Below, in pieces: positions 19,545-29,876 of a stretch of 64,000 nucleotides of DNA. The stretch comes from Leptospiraceae bacterium (GTDB lineage Bacteria > Spirochaetota > Leptospiria > Leptospirales > Leptonemataceae). Under the pieces are notes generated by a model. That model saw only the letters and a program-made list of their open reading frames with translations, was not told the DNA's origin and made no database searches. How positions within the stretch are numbered: position 1 is the first letter of the stretch; the number at the start of each line of letters is the position of its first letter. The DNA is taken from assembly GCA_040217195.1 (NCBI GenBank), contig JAVJNR010000008.1, forward strand, positions 224,001 through 288,000, read 5' to 3'. Made by a program: the position numbers and the translations under genes.

Positions 19545-21449
19545 ATGCAGATTCAGGAACTAATATCTAAGACCTTTTTTCGAGGAGATGTTTGGATTGT
19601 ATCCGTCTCCGTCAGCCTGGCAATACTGCTGCTTGTGATTCTAATGGTCTATGCTCTTATCAAATGGATGAAAAGGCCTGGATCCAGGCCTCGCAAGGCG
19701 CCTTCGGTAATCAAGACAGCTGCCAGCGCAGAAAAATCGCAGCCAGGGGACTCTCAAGACCAGCAAGTGTCAAAAGAAAACTCGATTACTGAGAAAGCTG
19801 AGACTGGCAAAGAACCGCAAGGCCAGCCATCCGAGACAACTGCACAACCGGATTATTCCTGGATACAGGAAGCAGAGATCCGGCCTGTGGCTGCCGCTGA
19901 ACCCCGGGCCGAGGAAGCCACAGGTTTCATGCCCCGGGACGATTCCACCTGGAAGGATCAGTCCGGATTGCCGGCTGCCTGGAGGGAGTCGAGTCAACAC
20001 AGCGGAGCCGATATTTCCGCGGAGCCTCTGGCCCCAATTCTTGACCTGAAATCCCAGATGGTGGACGCTGCTCTAATATCCATTCCGGAGTATCCAGTGC
20101 CCATTGGACAGAGTCTTTCCAGCGCCCGGCAGCCCCAGTCCTCCGGTGCCCCTGCTGCTATTTCAAGAGAGGATGGCCTTTTCGACGTATACAGGAATGT
20201 ATCTTTTCTGCGAAGTCATCTACGTTCCGGTCTTGATCCGGCTGACTTATTTTTTTCCGGAATGGGCGGCGATGTAGCGGTTAACAGCCATCCGTATGTA
20301 TTGTTTTTGCCTGAATTTGCTCACGATCCAGACATACGTAGAAGAACGGAGAATATACTTCAAACTGCGGCTGCTGGCTATATGCAAAGAGGGCTGGATA
20401 AGCTGGCTTCTGTGGAAAAGGAAGCTGTGGCCTGGACCATTCGTTTTCTATTCTGGAAAGGTAGATTGGACAAAGCCATGAGTTTGCTCTATCGTTTTGC
20501 CGCTTCGCAAAACAGTGAGTTGAATCGGATCCGCAGTTTGCTGGCAGCCTGTCTGGAGGATTCATTACTGCATAGAGTCTATTCACTGTCTGAATCGGAA
20601 GCGGCCGGGTATGATCGGGCCTTGATGGGGATTCCATCTGAGAGTATTCGCGGATTGCGCAGCAGCCTGGCTTTTCAGGGCGCCACCGATACAGAGGATT
20701 TTCAATCTCTTCGTCCCTTTACCGAACTGGATCGGAGGAATGCTCGCTGGTTGTATCTACATTTACTACATAGAGGTCATCTGTTTATGGCCTTTCGACT
20801 CTGTTATCAATTGAGCAAGACCGATGTAACGTTTGAAGATGAATTGCTCTATCTGGCCGGTATCCAGGGTCGGTATAGATTGATGTTGCGTATACTTCTT
20901 GAATTGCCCGCCAGAAATTCCTTCTTCCGCCTGGCAGTCCTGAAACATGGAATGAGCAACCTGGCCCAGGAGGATGCTCAGAAGTACCTGCATAAACTCC
21001 AAAAGCATTGGCCGGAAGCCACGGAAGAGGCACTGGAAAGCGTTGAGCCATTTGCGGAATTCCAGGGAGCCGATACAATGCGAAGAAGCCCTGGAAACAT
21101 TCTTGGTTCCATCGCCAACCCCATGGATCGTTCGGAACTATTGGACTGGATGGACCTGGCAGCTTACCGATCCAGATCTGGCTTTCATGCAGGCGGACTC
21201 AATCGTGCTGCGGTGTTACTCTATACAGTGCTCAGATCGCATCGAAATGCCAGACCTGGATTTGAGCAACGGGCCCGTCGATTCTTTGAAAAGGCAGCCA
21301 GAATGTCCAATGTGGCCAGGCATTACTATGTACTATGGTTGAAAGATACCGAACAATGGCAGGAAGCCCGATACCAGGCTGAGTACTTTATTAGGCATTT
21401 TCCGGATCTGGAATACTTTCATGAACAATTTGTGAGTCTATCCCGCTGA
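19545..21449 (+). CDS. hypothetical membrane-anchored protein (N-terminal TM, low-complexity linker, helical C-terminus)
   Basis: 634-aa ORF with one hydrophobic helix near the N-terminus; no recognised motif. Confidence 0.6.
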   Translation: MQIQELISKTFFRGDVWIVSVSVSLAILLLVILMVYALIKWMKRPGSRPRKAPSVIKTAASAEKSQPGDSQDQQVSKENSITEKAETGKEPQGQPSETTAQPDYSWIQEAEIRPVAAAEPRAEEATGFMPRDDSTWKDQSGLPAAWRESSQHSGADISAEPLAPILDLKSQMVDAALISIPEYPVPIGQSLSSARQPQSSGAPAAISREDGLFDVYRNVSFLRSHLRSGLDPADLFFSGMGGDVAVNSHPYVLFLPEFAHDPDIRRRTENILQTAAAGYMQRGLDKLASVEKEAVAWTIRFLFWKGRLDKAMSLLYRFAASQNSELNRIRSLLAACLEDSLLHRVYSLSESEAAGYDRALMGIPSESIRGLRSSLAFQGATDTEDFQSLRPFTELDRRNARWLYLHLLHRGHLFMAFRLCYQLSKTDVTFEDELLYLAGIQGRYRLMLRILLELPARNSFFRLAVLKHGMSNLAQEDAQKYLHKLQKHWPEATEEALESVEPFAEFQGADTMRRSPGNILGSIANPMDRSELLDWMDLAAYRSRSGFHAGGLNRAAVLLYTVLRSHRNARPGFEQRARRFFEKAARMSNVARHYYVLWLKDTEQWQEARYQAEYFIRHFPDLEYFHEQFVSLSR

Positions 21450-21492
21450 TAAAAGTTCTTGCCGGTATTGCCGTTACCAGGAGGATCAATAC

Positions 21493-22314
21493 GTGGATCT
21501 CAATCAGGACCAGCTATCAGAAATCGATAAGCTCACCCGTTATATCAAGCAAATGGAAGGTATTGTACGTACCTCACCCAATCCGGACCAGGTGGCACGG
21601 GTAAAGAGGGAACTGCAAAAATACCGGGAAAAGTTAAAAGTGATGTATCCGGACTTCGATCCCGGGCAGCAGCAGGTGGACGATGTGCGAAAGGAGCTGG
21701 GCCTGGATGGAGGAGGATCTTCCGGCAGTTCTGCAGGCAGTAAATCGGAGTCTTCGGCAATTACCGGTCATGACATTCTGGACAAGTTTCCGGTCGCCAA
21801 AGCATCCCCGAATTGCAGCGATCATGATGTGAATTTTCTGGCAACCATCCTTCATGTAATTCAGAAGGAATACTGGCCGGCCATTAGCGAACAGCATACC
21901 AGAATGGATTTTTCCCTGAACCAGGAGAGAGATACAGTACGTCATCATCTGGATACAGCACTTCGAAATCTAAAAATACTCACCGAAACAATTGAGGAGT
22001 ATGCCCAGGCCGAAAAGCAGGATTTCCGGGAGCAGCTTCTGAAAATGAAAAATAAGCAGACCCGTGTATTCCTCTTTGAAACCAATGATATGCTCCGGCT
22101 TTTGCGAGAGTTCATGCGCAAGGTAGCCGATGATATTCATCAAAATGGGTCTGGGGTACAGAACAAGAGTGACCGGATTCAATTCAATGCAAAATTCGAG
22201 GATGCCACCATGCTGGACGGATACAGCATCCGCGATGCAGTGCTGGAATTTCTGGAATTACTGGATCAGACCATTGCTCAATTACGTCTGCCGCAGATGA
22301 AGCAGGGCGGCTAA
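21493..22314 (+). CDS. hypothetical helical/coiled-coil protein
   Basis: 273-aa ORF; GTG start after an AGGAGG RBS. Confidence 0.7.
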   Translation: MDLNQDQLSEIDKLTRYIKQMEGIVRTSPNPDQVARVKRELQKYREKLKVMYPDFDPGQQQVDDVRKELGLDGGGSSGSSAGSKSESSAITGHDILDKFPVAKASPNCSDHDVNFLATILHVIQKEYWPAISEQHTRMDFSLNQERDTVRHHLDTALRNLKILTETIEEYAQAEKQDFREQLLKMKNKQTRVFLFETNDMLRLLREFMRKVADDIHQNGSGVQNKSDRIQFNAKFEDATMLDGYSIRDAVLEFLELLDQTIAQLRLPQMKQGG

Positions 22315-22458
22315 ACAGGAAATGCTTTTCCAGGGATTCAGGGCCGCTGTTGGCCACCGGACCTGATCCATTGGGCCTAATATCTGTTACGGGACGTATT
22401 AAAGGGGATAGAACTCAAAAATGATTGGACATAACAGCGATTCGAAGGACTTTGCGCT

Positions 22459-22896
22459 ATGGCTCTGGTAAAGACAGCATCTGAAGTAACCAACTCCACC
22501 ATCGGGGAAAATTCCTACTTTAGCGGTCGGTTCTTCATTAATGGTTCACTGAAGATCGATGGCAAGTTCGAAGGGAAGTCCCTGCAGGCGGATCAACTGT
22601 ATATCGGGGTTTCCGGAAGAGTAAAGACCAATATCACAGCCACCTCTGTTATCGTAGAGGGAATCATTGTAGGTAACATCACAGCCAGAAATCGAGTGAT
22701 GCTGCTGCCCACGGCTCGAATCCTGGGCGATATTAGCACTCCTGAGCTTATTATCCAGAACGGTGTCATTCTGGAAGGTAGATGCATGATCTCAAACGAC
22801 CTGAAACATTCAGCTCGAGATTTCATTGAAGCAGAGTATGGCAGGGACAACCTATCCCTGGAAAAACTCTTTGGACCGCGAGCAAAAGCGTCCTGA
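22459..22896 (+). CDS. bactofilin (polymer-forming cytoskeletal protein)
   Basis: STIGENSYFSG...LKIDGKFEG...VIVEG.IVGNI.A...ILGDI....L.IQNGVILEG beta-helix repeats. Confidence 0.92.
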   Translation: MALVKTASEVTNSTIGENSYFSGRFFINGSLKIDGKFEGKSLQADQLYIGVSGRVKTNITATSVIVEGIIVGNITARNRVMLLPTARILGDISTPELIIQNGVILEGRCMISNDLKHSARDFIEAEYGRDNLSLEKLFGPRAKAS

Positions 22897-23896
22897 TTCG
22901 GTTATTATCTCCGCCGGAGATCCGGCCGGTGTAGGACCGGAATTACTCCTTCATCTGGTGGAGCAGTATGAACCGTCCGGCCCATCCTGGCTAATCTTTC
23001 ATTCCTCATCCAATTCAGAAGATCTTGTGGCTTTGCTGGAAAAGCGAAGCGGCAGGGATGTACTGAGAATTTCCTATTCCAGGCTGGAAGATCTAAGGGA
23101 TACTGTGGCTCAGGCCATGTCCGCACCTGGTCAGGTGGCAGTGGTGGAGCCGGATGAACCCTCCGTGAAGCCAGGTCATCCTTCAGAACGGTCCGGAGCC
23201 CTGGCCTTTCAGGCATTGAAATCCTCCTGTGACTGGATCCAGGATCATGGATGCAGAGGTCTACTTACGGCACCGCTTTCCAAAGAGCATGTGCATATGG
23301 CCGGGCAGTCCGGATTCAGCGGTCATACCGGTTACCTGGCCCATCGATTTGGGCGTAGGGTGCTCATGCTCATGCATGGGCAGAGATTTTCTGTATTACC
23401 ATTAACCGTCCACATCCCAATCAAGGATGTGCCAGTGGCTCTAAAAGAAACGGTGGAGAAGCCGGAGCTTCTGGACGAAATTCGAGAAATCATGGAAAGA
23501 CCGGCCTTTAAGGGCAAAAAACTAGCACTCTGTGGCTTGAATCCTCATAGCGGGGAAGGAGGCCTTCTAGGTTCTGAAGAGCAGGACTATTTAATCGATT
23601 TTGCTGACAGGCTCTCCAGGCAGGGCCTGAATGTGGATGGGCCTCTATCTGCGGATGGACTGTTTACCGAGCATTCCAGAAATCAGTACCGGCTCATACT
23701 GGCCTGCTATCATGACCAGGGCCTGATACCGTTTAAATCTCTGGAGGGAATGAATGGAATCAATGTTACCGTGGGTCTTCCATTTCTTCGCACCAGTCCA
23801 GACCACGGCACCGCCTTTTCTCTGGCCGGAAAAGGCATTGCAAGTCCTACCAGTATGATTCAGTCTTATCGAGCCATTGTACAGGGAGAGCTCTGA
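22826..23896 (+). CDS. pdxA: 4-hydroxythreonine-4-phosphate dehydrogenase, PdxA family (start uncertain)
   Basis: GDPAGVGPE, GHTGYL, GLNPHSGE, YHDQGLIPFK and RTSPDHGTAF. Confidence 0.92.
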   Translation: MKQSMAGTTYPWKNSLDREQKRPDSVIISAGDPAGVGPELLLHLVEQYEPSGPSWLIFHSSSNSEDLVALLEKRSGRDVLRISYSRLEDLRDTVAQAMSAPGQVAVVEPDEPSVKPGHPSERSGALAFQALKSSCDWIQDHGCRGLLTAPLSKEHVHMAGQSGFSGHTGYLAHRFGRRVLMLMHGQRFSVLPLTVHIPIKDVPVALKETVEKPELLDEIREIMERPAFKGKKLALCGLNPHSGEGGLLGSEEQDYLIDFADRLSRQGLNVDGPLSADGLFTEHSRNQYRLILACYHDQGLIPFKSLEGMNGINVTVGLPFLRTSPDHGTAFSLAGKGIASPTSMIQSYRAIVQGEL

Positions 23897-23901
23897 TTGA
23901 T

Positions 23902-24360
23902 ATGTTAGAACTGAAATCCATAATTCTGCCGATCTATGTTCTCTGGTGCTTTCTACTCCTGTTCTTTTTATTTCGCAAGGGACCTGGAGCACTCTGGAAA
24001 GCCAGTGCACTTCTTATATTTGCCTTTTATGGATTCTATCATTACAAAGAGTTGATGCTTTCCTACCATGCATTTGAGGAAAGCTTCAATGTTACTCTGG
24101 TATCCATGGGAATCAATCTGTTCCGAAGCTTTGGATCTGTGCTATTTCTTATCTGGCCCATTATGCTCTGGGTGTCCTACTATGCAGCCTCCGACGAACT
24201 ATCTAAAACAGTCATTCGATGGATGGTACTGCTCACTCTGTTCTTCTGGGTTTTTTATTTTCTATTCGAGTTCTATCCTCCTGTAGACCGACATACCGTA
24301 GAACAGTGGCTGCCGGGGAAGTTTTCTATGCCGGATATACCATCTCCGCCCACGAAGTGA
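23902..24360 (+). CDS. hypothetical membrane protein (about 4 TM helices)
   Basis: Strongly hydrophobic 152-aa ORF between pdxA and dapA on the same strand. Confidence 0.7.
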   Translation: MLELKSIILPIYVLWCFLLLFFLFRKGPGALWKASALLIFAFYGFYHYKELMLSYHAFEESFNVTLVSMGINLFRSFGSVLFLIWPIMLWVSYYAASDELSKTVIRWMVLLTLFFWVFYFLFEFYPPVDRHTVEQWLPGKFSMPDIPSPPTK

Positions 24361-24403
24361 AAAATCACTTGTCCAGCCAACTCCGACCATCCACGGAGTA
24401 AAT

Positions 24404-25288
24404 ATGCAGTTTCAGGGCCTCTATACAGCTATCATGACCCCGTTTCAGAAAGGGGGGGCCTCCATCGATTTTGGAGCCTACGGAGACCTTATTGAGAAAC
24501 AGGTGGAGGCCGGGCTGGCCGGTGTTGTTCCCTGTGGAACTACCGGTGAGTCTCCCACATTGAGCCATGAGGAGCATCGGGAGCTTATCCAGAAAACCGT
24601 GGAACTGGTCAATGGAAGAATGGCCGTTATTCCTGGAACAGGATCCAATTCGACCAGGGAAGCCATAGAACTCACTACCGATGCCTGCTCCATGGGCGTG
24701 GATGCAGTGATGCTGGTGAATCCGTATTACAATAAACCATCCCAGGAAGGTCTCTATCAGCACTTCAAAGCGATAGCAGAGAAATCCACAAAGCCAGTCG
24801 TTCTCTATAATATTAAAGGACGCACCGCAGTAAATATTGAGCCAGAAACCATTCGTCGATTGGTGGAAATCGATACGATCCAGGTCGTTAAAGAAGCCTC
24901 AGGAGATCCAGGTCAAATGGCTCGCATTATGCGACTTTGCGGAGATCGAATTTCCATGCTTTCCGGCGATGATAACATTACACCCGCTGTGATGGGACTG
25001 GGCGGCCGGGGAGTAATTTCCGTCGCATCCAACATCTATCCAAAGAAGTTGAACCGAATGGTAAATCATTTCCTTCAGGGAAACTTTGCGGCCGGCAACC
25101 AGGTATTCTATGAGCTTCTGGATATGATGAATGCAATGTTCTGGGAGACCAATCCGGTTCCGGTAAAGGCGGCTGCAGAAATTAAGGGATTGTGTAACGG
25201 GGAATTGCGGCTGCCTCTGGTGGCCCTTCCCGATGAGACGAGAGTCAGACTTAAATCGGTACTGGAACAGCTTGGAGAGGACAATTGA
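24404..25288 (+). CDS. dapA: 4-hydroxy-tetrahydrodipicolinate synthase
   Basis: CGTTGESPTL, PYYNKPSQEGL, LYNI.GRT, VKEASG and LSGDD. Confidence 0.97.
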   Translation: MQFQGLYTAIMTPFQKGGASIDFGAYGDLIEKQVEAGLAGVVPCGTTGESPTLSHEEHRELIQKTVELVNGRMAVIPGTGSNSTREAIELTTDACSMGVDAVMLVNPYYNKPSQEGLYQHFKAIAEKSTKPVVLYNIKGRTAVNIEPETIRRLVEIDTIQVVKEASGDPGQMARIMRLCGDRISMLSGDDNITPAVMGLGGRGVISVASNIYPKKLNRMVNHFLQGNFAAGNQVFYELLDMMNAMFWETNPVPVKAAAEIKGLCNGELRLPLVALPDETRVRLKSVLEQLGEDN

Positions 25289-26082
25289 GCCGTTATTGTA
25301 TGTCCGGCGCTGCCGGTCGCATGGGCCGGGCCATCATTGGATGTCAGGCTCAGGCTGGACTGGAGCTTTCGGGGGCCCTGGAACGGGCTGGATCGGAATA
25401 TCTGGGTCAGGATGCCGGGGCTCTGGCCGGTATTGGAAGCCTGGGTATAGAAATCACTTCAGATCCAGCAACCGCCTTGAAAGAGGCGGGCGCGGTTATC
25501 GATTTTTCCTCACCAGAAAACACCCTGTCACTTGCAAGGTCCTGCACTGAAAGTGGTACAGGTCTTGTAGTAGGCACCACTGGGTTCAGTGAAGAACAGA
25601 AAAAGGAACTTCAGGGATATTCCAAAAAGATTCCTTTGCTCATTTCTCCCAATATGTCTCTGGGCGTGAACGTACTGTTTCATTTAACTCGAATGGCCGC
25701 CCGAGTTCTTGGTCCGGACTATGCAGCGGAAGTTACCGAAATTCACCATCGACATAAAAAGGATGCTCCCTCGGGCACCGCAGTGAAGCTACTGGAAATC
25801 CTGGAAGAGCAATTTGGTTTGAGTGCCGGGGATGTTGTGCATGGTCGAAGCGGTCTTACCGGCGAAAGACCAAAAAATCAAATCGGCTCCCATGCATTGA
25901 GAGGTGGCGATGTTGTGGGCGATCATACTGTATTTCTGCTGGGCGAAGGAGAAAGAATCGAGATTACTCATAGAGCCGCATCCAGAAATACCTTTGCCAT
26001 GGGAGCCCTTCGAGCCGCAAAATGGCTGGATGGACAGAAACCAGGTCTATATTCCATGGATAGTGTGCTGGGATTGAGTTAA
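25285..26082 (+). CDS. dapB: 4-hydroxy-tetrahydrodipicolinate reductase
   Basis: GAAGRMG, IDFS, VGTTG and EIHHRHKKDAPSGTA. Confidence 0.97.
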   Translation: MSRYCMSGAAGRMGRAIIGCQAQAGLELSGALERAGSEYLGQDAGALAGIGSLGIEITSDPATALKEAGAVIDFSSPENTLSLARSCTESGTGLVVGTTGFSEEQKKELQGYSKKIPLLISPNMSLGVNVLFHLTRMAARVLGPDYAAEVTEIHHRHKKDAPSGTAVKLLEILEEQFGLSAGDVVHGRSGLTGERPKNQIGSHALRGGDVVGDHTVFLLGEGERIEITHRAASRNTFAMGALRAAKWLDGQKPGLYSMDSVLGLS

Positions 26083-26885
26083 TGGAATTCGATAGTCTAC
26101 TACAGCTACTCAGGCCATTTCTGCGCTTCCTGGACATCTTCGTAGTAGCCTATCTGCTCTATAGAATCTATATGCTGCTTAGCCGAACCAGGGCCATGCA
26201 GCTTTTGATTGGCTTTGGCTTTATTTTGATGCTGGATTTGCTGGCCAGGCGATTACATCTAGAAACACTTTCCTGGATCATTACGAATGTATCCTCCTAT
26301 CTGGTCTTTGGTCTGATCGTATTATTGCAGCCGGAATTGCGAAGGCTTGTATCTGAAATAGGTAGAATGCCTATTTTTCAGTGGGTGAATGCTCCGGCAG
26401 TTCTACCTCTGGAAGAACTGACAGAAGCATCCATCAGCATGGCTCGACAGAAAGTAGGATCCATCATAATACTTCTTCGAGAAATTAGACCGCAAACCAT
26501 TATAGACAATGCAGTGCGAGTGGATGGACTGATTACCAGAGAATTGATTGAAACTATCTTCCATAAGGATACACCGCTCCACGATGGGGCCATGATGATC
26601 GAAAACAATCGCATCATAGCTGCTTCCTGTTATCTTCCTCTATCTAATTCCAGAGTTCTGAAGAAGACCCATGGAGCCAGACACCGGGCCGCCATGGGCA
26701 TTAGCGAAGAGACAGATGCTGTTATTATTGTAACCTCGGAAGAAACGGGAAAGATTACACTGATGTGCAATGGTCAGATGTACACTCCAATTAAGGGCGA
26801 TGATCTGCATGACAGGATTCAGGAACTGTGGTCCAGGACACGCAAGAAAAGGGCTCTGGATAAAAAAGAAGAGGGGGCACAATGA
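26082..26885 (+). CDS. cdaA: diadenylate cyclase CdaA (c-di-AMP synthase)
   Basis: Three N-terminal TM helices; QPELRR, TPLHDGA, GARHRAAMGISE and VTSEETG. Confidence 0.95.
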   Translation: MEFDSLLQLLRPFLRFLDIFVVAYLLYRIYMLLSRTRAMQLLIGFGFILMLDLLARRLHLETLSWIITNVSSYLVFGLIVLLQPELRRLVSEIGRMPIFQWVNAPAVLPLEELTEASISMARQKVGSIIILLREIRPQTIIDNAVRVDGLITRELIETIFHKDTPLHDGAMMIENNRIIAASCYLPLSNSRVLKKTHGARHRAAMGISEETDAVIIVTSEETGKITLMCNGQMYTPIKGDDLHDRIQELWSRTRKKRALDKKEEGAQ

Positions 26886-27925
26886 CTCTGGATCTGGCAC
26901 GTCGAGTGGTACTTTTCTTCACCAGAAACTGGAAGGTTAAGCTGGGAAGCGTATTAATTGCATCCATGCTCTTTTTCTATGTTCAGTGGACCAGAAATGT
27001 TACCCGGGTATTTCATATTCGAGTAGAGCGACCGGACATTCCGGAAGATTTAATCCTTAGCTCTCGTATTCCGTCCTTTATGGATGTGCAGTTCTACGGG
27101 CCCGCAGAAGAGATGGAGTTTAATGCCTCTGCATTTCGAATTACTGTATTTTCGCCAGCCAAGCCCATTCCAGGAAAGAATCAGTACAAAGTCATTCTCA
27201 TACCCGATCCGCCCGGAGAGATAGAAGCCAAGTATGATAAAGACCTGGAAGTAACTCTGGATCGTAGCCTGACAAGAGAACTACCGGTGGATCCAACACT
27301 AGAACTGGCTTCTCTTTCCGATGTAGGCCTGGGCTATGTATCCACCAGTCCGCCCAGTATCAGAGTTCAGGGGCCCCATTCCATTGTAGCAGAAATGGAT
27401 CGCATCCCCACCCGGGAGATGCTGATCAGCGAAACCAGAGACATTGTTCAGAAGAAGGTGCTGATTTCGGACCTGCCGGAATTCGTATCTGTTGCCCCCA
27501 ACCAGGAACTGGAAGTCCAGGTACGGGCTCGATTGCTTTCCCTGACTGCCAAAGAGGATGAAGAGGAAAGAGTGCTCGAAGAATTGCCAGTTCGGTGCAT
27601 TAATCAGCTATCCGATCTAAACATGAAAGTTCTGGGTAATGGAACCGTGGACCTGAGAGTTCGCTCAGAGGAGCCGGTAAATAAGAATCAATTCGATGTT
27701 CGGGTGTATTGTCCTGCATTCTTTGATCCCTACAATCGCTCCATTAAGCCCACATTCATAATTCATGATCTTCCTATCATGGTCACAGATCGACTGAATC
27801 GACCAGAAGTAGAAATCCTGGATGTATTGCCGGCCAGAGTTACGGTGCAGTTCGAAAGAATCGTGCCCAGACAGAGACCGGAAAATGAAGTACAGCAGGG
27901 ATTTCAGGAGCACTTGATGCCATGA
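26882..27925 (+). CDS. cdaR: CdaR/YbbR-like regulator of CdaA
   Basis: RNWKVKLGS TM anchor and beta-rich repeats (PPSIRVQGP); coupled to cdaA. Confidence 0.75.
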   Translation: MTLDLARRVVLFFTRNWKVKLGSVLIASMLFFYVQWTRNVTRVFHIRVERPDIPEDLILSSRIPSFMDVQFYGPAEEMEFNASAFRITVFSPAKPIPGKNQYKVILIPDPPGEIEAKYDKDLEVTLDRSLTRELPVDPTLELASLSDVGLGYVSTSPPSIRVQGPHSIVAEMDRIPTREMLISETRDIVQKKVLISDLPEFVSVAPNQELEVQVRARLLSLTAKEDEEERVLEELPVRCINQLSDLNMKVLGNGTVDLRVRSEEPVNKNQFDVRVYCPAFFDPYNRSIKPTFIIHDLPIMVTDRLNRPEVEILDVLPARVTVQFERIVPRQRPENEVQQGFQEHLMP

Positions 27926-28299
27926 TTCTTGGACTGGGAACGGACCTGGTGGAAAATCACCGAATTAGACAGGCACTGGATCGCTTTGGCGACCGATTTT
28001 TAAATAGAGTTTATTCGGAAGAAGAGATTCAATACTCCCTTTCGCATGAAGACCCTGTACCCTATTTGTCCGCTCGATTCGCAGTGAAGGAGGCGGCCAT
28101 CAAAGCGTTGAATCTCACCGAGCAGGTGGGTTTGAGCTATCAAGATGTGCAGGTGGGCGGCAAGGTCTTTGGAAAGAAGAAATTAATTCTGTCCAGGAAA
28201 GCTCGAGAGCTTGCCGACGGCATGGGTGTGCAGCAATTCCATATCTCTTTGAGTCATACTAACGGAATGAGTATGGCAGTGGTCATTCTGGAATCCTGA
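27922..28299 (+). CDS. acpS: holo-ACP synthase
   Basis: ILGLGTDLVE, ARFAVKEAAIKAL and HISLSHT. Confidence 0.96.
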   Translation: MILGLGTDLVENHRIRQALDRFGDRFLNRVYSEEEIQYSLSHEDPVPYLSARFAVKEAAIKALNLTEQVGLSYQDVQVGGKVFGKKKLILSRKARELADGMGVQQFHISLSHTNGMSMAVVILES

Positions 28300-28328
28300 T
28301 GAGTCCGAAAAGTCACTAATCCATAGAG

Positions 28329-29876
28329 TTATTCAGAAATTCGAATATCGATCTTTCTTTCCAGTGCTTGCTCCAGCAAATCTTTGCGCAGCACGGCCCC
28401 ATGTTCCTCTAAAGAAAGATCATCGCCCGGCTTAAGCTTCTGCGAAGGATGTATGAAAAACAATAGATCCTTTCCCTGCTTTTTCACTTTTACATCATCC
28501 ACACGTCCGGATTCTCCACGACTAAGTCCGATGGAAATTCGCAGAACACCTGCCAGAACCTTAACCAGATTCCGATCATAGCGATTCAAGTCCTCGTATT
28601 CGGAGTGTTTCTTGGAAGGCAGTGCTTTTCTATGATACCTGGCAATAGCTGCAATTACATCGATTTCTCGTCCGGTAAAGCCCAGTAGCATTTCTGAGTT
28701 CTGAATAATGTAATGGCTATGTTTATGATGAGCCGAGTGAGCTATGGCGATTCCACAATTATGCAATAGAGCAGCGTATTCCAGGACTTCCCGTTCCACT
28801 TCCTCTGCATAGAAGACTCCTGCTGCGGCCAGAGAATCCAGGATAATTAATGAAAGACTGGAACAAACCTGGGCCGGTCCTTCCTGAGGCACCATTCTTC
28901 GGGCCAATTGAAGAACCGAGTTCTTTCGAATACCGGAAAGATCTTTGCTTCTGCTGTTTCTGTGAAATGAATCGAATACTACCCCTTCGCGAAGAGCAAA
29001 CGGGCTGTACACCATGGTCTTGATCCCCAGTATGCGAAACGATTCCTGAAGCAACAATGCGCCCGCCACAATAATGTCGGAACGCTTCTCATCCAGGCCC
29101 AGTTTAGACTCCCTTTGCTTTCTATTCTTACAATCCAGAAGGAGCTCCACAACCTCATCGAGCTCTTGCGCTGACATGTCCCGGGCATCTCCGTCGCCTT
29201 TACGAATATGCTGCTGAACCAGTTCAATCAATGTCCGAGCTGTGCCCGAAGATCCAATAACCGTATCCGGGATATTCTCCGGCATTTCAGCTTTTAACCC
29301 CAGCAGGTTCAGTCGAAGGAAGTATCTAGCATCTTCAATACCAGATACGCTTACCTGTCCGTCCGGGAAAAACCGATCCGTAAGTCGAATAGCTCCTAGT
29401 TTCAAACTGGTGGCGAACTCAGGCACTCCTCCCTGTCCAATGAGATATTCGGTGGAGCCTCCACCTATGTCGATAAGAAGGATTCTCTCATCAAATACGG
29501 GTAGAGCCTGCAGTATTCCAAGATAGATCAGTCGGGCCTCTTCATTTCCCTGGATTACATCCACTCGAAGTCCGGTTTCTTTTTTGACCTGCTTTAGAAA
29601 TTCATCTCTGTTTCGCGCCTCTCGCACAGCCGATGTGGCCACCGCACGAACCGAAGCATTCCTATTTTTTGCAATTCGATTGAATCGATTCAGACAATCG
29701 ATAGCTCTTTTCATGGCTTCTGGCGTAATAGTTTCCAGGTCACCGGCACCGCTTCCCAGTCTTACAGTTTCTTTTTCCCTGGTAAGCATCTGAAATCCGC
29801 CAGATTCGGTGGGCTCTACGATTACCATGTGGAAGGAATTTGTGCCCATGTCTATGGCGGCCAGTGCTGAACTCAT
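28329..29876 (-). CDS. ppx: Ppx/GppA exopolyphosphatase with C-terminal HD-type domain
   Basis: AAIDMGTNSFH, VATSAVREA, IDIGGGSTE, ALREG and AALLHNCG. Confidence 0.92.
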   Translation of the reverse strand: MSSALAAIDMGTNSFHMVIVEPTESGGFQMLTREKETVRLGSGAGDLETITPEAMKRAIDCLNRFNRIAKNRNASVRAVATSAVREARNRDEFLKQVKKETGLRVDVIQGNEEARLIYLGILQALPVFDERILLIDIGGGSTEYLIGQGGVPEFATSLKLGAIRLTDRFFPDGQVSVSGIEDARYFLRLNLLGLKAEMPENIPDTVIGSSGTARTLIELVQQHIRKGDGDARDMSAQELDEVVELLLDCKNRKQRESKLGLDEKRSDIIVAGALLLQESFRILGIKTMVYSPFALREGVVFDSFHRNSRSKDLSGIRKNSVLQLARRMVPQEGPAQVCSSLSLIILDSLAAAGVFYAEEVEREVLEYAALLHNCGIAIAHSAHHKHSHYIIQNSEMLLGFTGREIDVIAAIARYHRKALPSKKHSEYEDLNRYDRNLVKVLAGVLRISIGLSRGESGRVDDVKVKKQGKDLLFFIHPSQKLKPGDDLSLEEHGAVLRKDLLEQALERKIDIRISE

